Positions 59,893-64,000 of a stretch of 64,000 nt of DNA are shown piece by piece. The notes under the pieces were generated by a model that worked only from the letters and a program-made list of their open reading frames with translations, was not told the DNA's origin and ran no database searches. The DNA is taken from assembly GCA_963785725.1 (NCBI GenBank), contig CAWAWS010000006.1:32001-96000 (forward strand), in the 5' to 3' direction. Both the position numbers and the translations under genes were made by a program. Numbering within the stretch: the stretch's first letter is position 1; every line of letters starts with the position of its first letter. The stretch is from an uncultured delta proteobacterium (GTDB taxonomy: Bacteria; Myxococcota_A; Polyangia; Palsa-1104).

Positions 59893-61268
59893 GGCTGTTC
59901 CGCCGGGATCATCTTGCCCGGGTTCAGCAGATCATCGGGATCGAAGACGCGCTTTAACTGCCGCTGAATCCGCAGCAGCGACGGCGCTTGCTCCCACGGC
60001 ACGTACTTCATCTTCAGTAGGCCCACGCCGTGCTCGCCGGCCAGCGAGCCGCGCAGCGCCAACGTCGCGCGCATGATGGCGTCGATGGCGGCGTGCGCGC
60101 GGTCGGGCACGAGCTCGTCGTCGACGAGCAGGTTGATGTGCAAGTTGCCGTCGCCGGCATGGCCGTAGGTGGCGATAGGCACGTTGGCGTCGGCGGCAAT
60201 GGCGTCGATGCGGCGCAACATCTCGGGGATCGCGCCGCGCGGTACGACGACATCTTCCGCCAGCTTGTGCCGATGCGCCTCTTTCAGCGACGGATTGGCC
60301 CGCCGTCGCGTGTCCCACAAGGCGCGCCGCTGCGCTTCGTCCTGCGCGACGGTGACGTCGAGCGCGCCCGCCTCTTCGCAGGCCTGCGCACAACGCAAGA
60401 GCGCGGCGTCCAAGCCCTCGGGCTCGCCGTCGAGCTCGCACAACAGCGCCGCGCCGGCGTCGACGGGAAAACGATAAGGCGCGCGCGGCCGTAAGTGTTC
60501 GATGGTCGCGCGATCGAGCAGCTCGAGCGCCCGCGGTCGCGCGCCCAAGTGGATCGCGCGCGTCACGGCGTTGCCCGCGGCGAAGGGATCGGCGAACGTC
60601 GCCAAGAGCGTCGCGACCGCCGGCGGCTTCGGCAGCAGCTTCAAGGTCAGCTCGGTGGCGACGGCGAACGTGCCTTCGGAGCCGACGACGGCCGCGGTCA
60701 CGTCGTAGCCGACGACGCCTTTTTGCGTCCGCCGTCCCGCGCGCAAGACCTCGCCGCCCATGCGCACGCACTCCATGCCGAGCACGTACTCGCGCGTGAC
60801 GCCGTACTTGAACGCGCGCGGCCCACCGGCGTTCTCGGCTACGTTGCCGCCGAGCGTGCATGACGCCAGCGACGCCGGATCGGGCGGGTAAAAGAGGCCG
60901 GCCGCTTCCACCGCCGCCTGCAGGTCGCCGGTCACGACTCCAGGTTCCACCACGGCGACGAGATCGTCGGTATCGATCTCGTAAATCTTCGTCATCGGCT
61001 CGGTGGACAGGACGATCCCACCGCGCGCGGGCAGGCAGCCGCCGGTCATGCCCGTGCCGGCGCCGCGCGGCGTGACCGGCAGGCGATGCTCGCGCGCCAA
61101 CGTCAGGACGAGCTCGACGTCGGCGCGCGTCTCCGCCAGCACGGCGCACTCGGCCGGAAACCGGCCGAGGCCCGATTCGTCGACGAGAAAGCGCTCGAGC
61201 CGCTCGTCGTCGCGGATGACTTTGTGGGGACCGAGCTCTCTAGCCAGCAGCTCGAAGACGTCGATCAA
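59889..61268 (-). CDS. FAD-linked oxidase, GlcD/D-2-hydroxyacid dehydrogenase-like
   Basis: PRGAGTG, YPPDPAS, NAGGPRAFKYGVT, GSEGT, GHAGDGNLH, GEHGVG, LNPGK. Start approximate (TTG). Confidence 0.9.
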   Translation of the reverse strand: MIDVFELLARELGPHKVIRDDERLERFLVDESGLGRFPAECAVLAETRADVELVLTLAREHRLPVTPRGAGTGMTGGCLPARGGIVLSTEPMTKIYEIDTDDLVAVVEPGVVTGDLQAAVEAAGLFYPPDPASLASCTLGGNVAENAGGPRAFKYGVTREYVLGMECVRMGGEVLRAGRRTQKGVVGYDVTAAVVGSEGTFAVATELTLKLLPKPPAVATLLATFADPFAAGNAVTRAIHLGARPRALELLDRATIEHLRPRAPYRFPVDAGAALLCELDGEPEGLDAALLRCAQACEEAGALDVTVAQDEAQRRALWDTRRRANPSLKEAHRHKLAEDVVVPRGAIPEMLRRIDAIAADANVPIATYGHAGDGNLHINLLVDDELVPDRAHAAIDAIMRATLALRGSLAGEHGVGLLKMKYVPWEQAPSLLRIQRQLKRVFDPDDLLNPGKMIPAEQP

Positions 61269-61284
61269 AGGCCGGGCAGCTACC

Positions 61285-61656
61285 TTACGTGCTGAAGCTC
61301 GAGCCGCAGCCGCACGTCGACTTGACGTTCGGGTTCGAGAACTTGAAGCCCGCGCCCTGCAAACCCTCGACATAGTCAACCTGGGTGCCGGCGAGGTACT
61401 GCAGCGACATCTGATCGACCACGAGCTTGACGCCGTGCGAATCGAACACGCGGTCCATCTCGGTGACCTGATCGAAGTAGAGGTCGTACGCGAAGCCCGA
61501 GCAGCCGCCACCGACCACGCGCAGGCGCAGGCCGTAGTTGGCCTCGATCGCTTCCGCCGCCTGAATTTCGCGCACCTTCTCGGCTGCCTTCTCGGTCAAT
61601 CCGAGCATCGGCTCGTCGTCGGTGGTAATCGTCGGCTGCTGAACCTGAGTGTCCAT
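61285..61656 (-). CDS. A-type Fe-S carrier (ErpA/IscA, HesB family)
   Basis: GGGCSGF.Y, NPN..STCGCGSSF; AAGGAG RBS. Confidence 0.95.
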   Translation of the reverse strand: MDTQVQQPTITTDDEPMLGLTEKAAEKVREIQAAEAIEANYGLRLRVVGGGCSGFAYDLYFDQVTEMDRVFDSHGVKLVVDQMSLQYLAGTQVDYVEGLQGAGFKFSNPNVKSTCGCGSSFST

Positions 61657-61673
61657 TGCTTCTCCTTGTCGTT

Positions 61674-62189
61674 CTACGAATTCGCCGCGTTCACAGCCTG
61701 CCGACCCTTGGTCCACAGACGCTTGAGCCAGCCACGCTCGCTCTCCATTTTCTTCTGGATCGCGAGCAAACCTTCGATGAGCGCCTCCGGACGCGGCGGA
61801 CAACCGGGGACGTACACGTCGACAGGGATGACTTGATCGATGCCTTTGAGCACCGAATACGAGAGTTGAAAGAGGCCACCGCAGTTCGAGCAGCTGCCCA
61901 TCGACAGCACGTACTTCGGCTCGGCCATCTGGTCGTACAGCATCTTGATGCGCGTGGCCATCTTATAGGTGACCGTGCCGGCGACGATGATGAGGTCGGC
62001 GTGGCGCGGCGTGGCGCGCGGAGCCGAGCCGAAACGCTCGAGATCGCCGCGCGGACCGCCCGTTTGCATGAGCTCGATGGCGCAGCAAGCGGTCCCAAAG
62101 AGCAGATACCAGGTCGAATTCTTGCGGCCCCAGTTGAGGAGATCCTCGACTCGGGTGAGTAAAACGCCGCCTGTATCGCCTGTTTTCAT
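61674..62189 (-). CDS. nuoB: NADH-quinone oxidoreductase subunit B
   Basis: [42 protein letters not shown]. Confidence 0.95.
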   Translation of the reverse strand: MKTGDTGGVLLTRVEDLLNWGRKNSTWYLLFGTACCAIELMQTGGPRGDLERFGSAPRATPRHADLIIVAGTVTYKMATRIKMLYDQMAEPKYVLSMGSCSNCGGLFQLSYSVLKGIDQVIPVDVYVPGCPPRPEALIEGLLAIQKKMESERGWLKRLWTKGRQAVNAANS

Positions 62190-62272
62190 CGGTCTACAGA
62201 TGGATGAGAGTCTGCAAGCCAAGTATTCGTTTCGCGAGCCGGGCTGTCAAGGACTGTGCTAAGAGAAATTTC

Positions 62273-62647
62273 GTGGGGAAACCGCTATTTATTTGGAAGA
62301 AGACCTGCTCGAATTGCCGCAAGGCGCGCGCCTTCTTGACCGATTTGGTCCCGGCCGGCACATTCGACGAGCGCGAGCTGAATTCGAGCCCTATGTCTAC
62401 GGAAGAGCTCGACTTGCTCATCGGACAGCATGACTACAAGCTGTTCTTGAACACGCGCAACGAGCTCTATCGCGAGCACAAGATGAAAGAGCGGCCGCCG
62501 ACGCGCGCCGAAGCCGTGAAGCTGATGGCGCGTCAGCCGAATCTCATCAAGCGGCCGCTCTTGGTGCGCGGCCAGCGCGTGGTTTACGGGTTCGACGAGG
62601 ACGAGTTCAAGGCGATCTTGGCCGCGGACCGAAAGACGAAGGATTGA
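62273..62647 (+). CDS. ArsC/Spx/MgsR family protein
   Basis: CSNCRKA, LNTR, PNLIKRPL, GFDE. Start approximate. Confidence 0.88.
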   Translation: MGKPLFIWKKTCSNCRKARAFLTDLVPAGTFDERELNSSPMSTEELDLLIGQHDYKLFLNTRNELYREHKMKERPPTRAEAVKLMARQPNLIKRPLLVRGQRVVYGFDEDEFKAILAADRKTKD

Positions 62648-62648
62648 G

Positions 62649-63809
62649 ATGCCGAATTTTCAGCAGTATTTGAAGCAGGTCAAATCGGAAATTCGTGAAG
62701 TCTCCGTCGACGAAGTGAACGCCCAAAAGACGGCGACGCCGGCGACGCTGATCGACGTGCGCGAGAACGACGAGTATGTCGACGGCTACATTCCGGGCGC
62801 GACCTGGATTCCGCGCGGCAAGCTCGAGCTGCGCATCGAAGACGTCGTGCCCGATCGCGACCAGGACATCGTCCTTTATTGCGCCGGCGGCAATCGCTCG
62901 GCGTTGGCGGCCAAGGCGTTGAAGGAGCTCGGCTACACCCACGTCTCGTCGCTGGCCGGCGGTTACGGCGCGTGGAAGAAGGCGAACCTGCCGACGACCA
63001 AGCCGTTCATCTTCACGCCCGAGCAGAAGTCGCGTTATTCGCGCCATTTGATGCTGCCCGAAGTCGGCGAAGTGGGACAGGCCAAGCTGCTGCAAGCGAA
63101 GGTTTTGCTGCTCGGCGCCGGCGGTCTGGGCGCGCCGGCGGCGTTGTACTTGGCGGCGGCGGGCGTCGGCACCATCGGTCTCGTCGACGACGACGTGGTC
63201 GACGAGTCGAACCTGCAGCGCCAGGTCATTCACAGCACGAAGACCGTAGGCATGCCCAAGGTCGAGTCGGCGAAGCTGACGATCAACGGGCTCAATCCCG
63301 ACGTCAAAGTGCGCACGCATCAGCTGCGCTTGTCGTCGGAGAACGTGCTCGACGTCATCAAAGACTACGATCTCATCGTCGACGGCACCGACAATTTCCA
63401 GACGCGCTATCTGTTGAACGACGCGTCGCTGATCCTGAAGAAGCCGGTGGTGAACGCGTCGATCTTCCAGTTCGAAGGTCAAGTGACGGTGTTCAAGCCG
63501 TTCGAAGGGCCGTGCTATCGCTGCTTGTATCCCGAGCCGCCGCCGCCGGGCATGGCGCCGTCGTGCAACGAAGCGGGCGTGCTCGGCGTGTTGCCGGGCG
63601 TCATCGGCGTCCTGCAGGCGACCGAAGCGGTGAAGCTGATCTTGGGCATCGGCAAGCCGCTCATCGGTCGGCTCATGCAGTATGACGCGATGAACATGAA
63701 GTTCCGCGAGTTCAAGCTGCCGCGCGATCCGAAGTGCGTCGTCTGCAGCGAGCCGGGCAAGAAGATCGAGCTCATCGACTACGAAGCCTTCTGCAGCATC
63801 GCGCGCTAG
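62649..63809 (+). CDS. moeB: MoeB/ThiF-family adenylyltransferase with an N-terminal rhodanese domain
   Basis: Rhodanese (IDVRE, YCAGGNRS), then RYSRH, GAGGLG, SNLQRQ, CYRC, SCNEAGV, CVVC. Confidence 0.93.
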   Translation: MPNFQQYLKQVKSEIREVSVDEVNAQKTATPATLIDVRENDEYVDGYIPGATWIPRGKLELRIEDVVPDRDQDIVLYCAGGNRSALAAKALKELGYTHVSSLAGGYGAWKKANLPTTKPFIFTPEQKSRYSRHLMLPEVGEVGQAKLLQAKVLLLGAGGLGAPAALYLAAAGVGTIGLVDDDVVDESNLQRQVIHSTKTVGMPKVESAKLTINGLNPDVKVRTHQLRLSSENVLDVIKDYDLIVDGTDNFQTRYLLNDASLILKKPVVNASIFQFEGQVTVFKPFEGPCYRCLYPEPPPPGMAPSCNEAGVLGVLPGVIGVLQATEAVKLILGIGKPLIGRLMQYDAMNMKFREFKLPRDPKCVVCSEPGKKIELIDYEAFCSIAR

Positions 63810-63844
63810 CTCGCGTCTTTTTGGTAATCGTATAAAACGGTTCG

Positions 63845-64000
63845 ATGTTGCCGATTGCGGCGTCGCTGGCGGAGATCGCGCGGCTGGGCGAGCTTCTGCG
63901 TGCGTTCGCGGCCGCGGATGACGAAGGCTTCGGCGCGCTGTTCGACCCGCTGGCACCGCGGGTCGCCGTGGCCGGCGTCGCCGCGCGCTTCGCTCGGCCG
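63845..64000 (+). CDS. Hypothetical protein, N-terminal fragment
   Basis: Open frame MLPIAASLAEIARLGELL... to the window end, with an AT-rich -10-like element just upstream. Confidence 0.5.
   Translation, partial: MLPIAASLAEIARLGELLRAFAAADDEGFGALFDPLAPRVAVAGVAARFARP

Overview
A high-GC bacterial chromosomal segment. The Ser/Thr kinase-TPR-lipoprotein modules, sigma54 regulation, a CYP51-ferredoxin fusion and bacillithiol genes point to a myxobacterium (Myxococcota, probably Polyangia); this is an inference. About 50 genes are recognisable: kup, a sodium:solute symporter and a PIG-L deacetylase divergent from bshC-bshA; two Ser/Thr kinases; a stand-alone transpeptidase; trxB; a lipase-thioesterase-feruloyl-CoA synthase-like operon; malic enzyme; mdtABC with a divergent NtrC-type two-component system; a hybrid kinase-receiver-double HD-GYP operon; a GH18 lipoprotein; a VIT/vWA-sigma-like module; CYP51-Fd; FabH-like and PaaZ/BoxD-like enzymes; a class A beta-lactamase; and nuoB, erpA-like and moeB genes. 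I recognised no rRNA, tRNA, CRISPR array or transposase. Many genes carry single-base (+1) frameshifts, most likely long-read errors. The most unusual signal is at five co-oriented gene junctions. Each gap is filled exactly by a mini-ORF whose start overlaps the upstream stop (RTGA) and whose stop overlaps the next start (ATGA). Two of these share a dispersed 31-nt core (MSER[Q/E]RANVS), and one carries a hairpin that buries the downstream RBS and ATG. This may be a repeat-borne translational-coupling relay.
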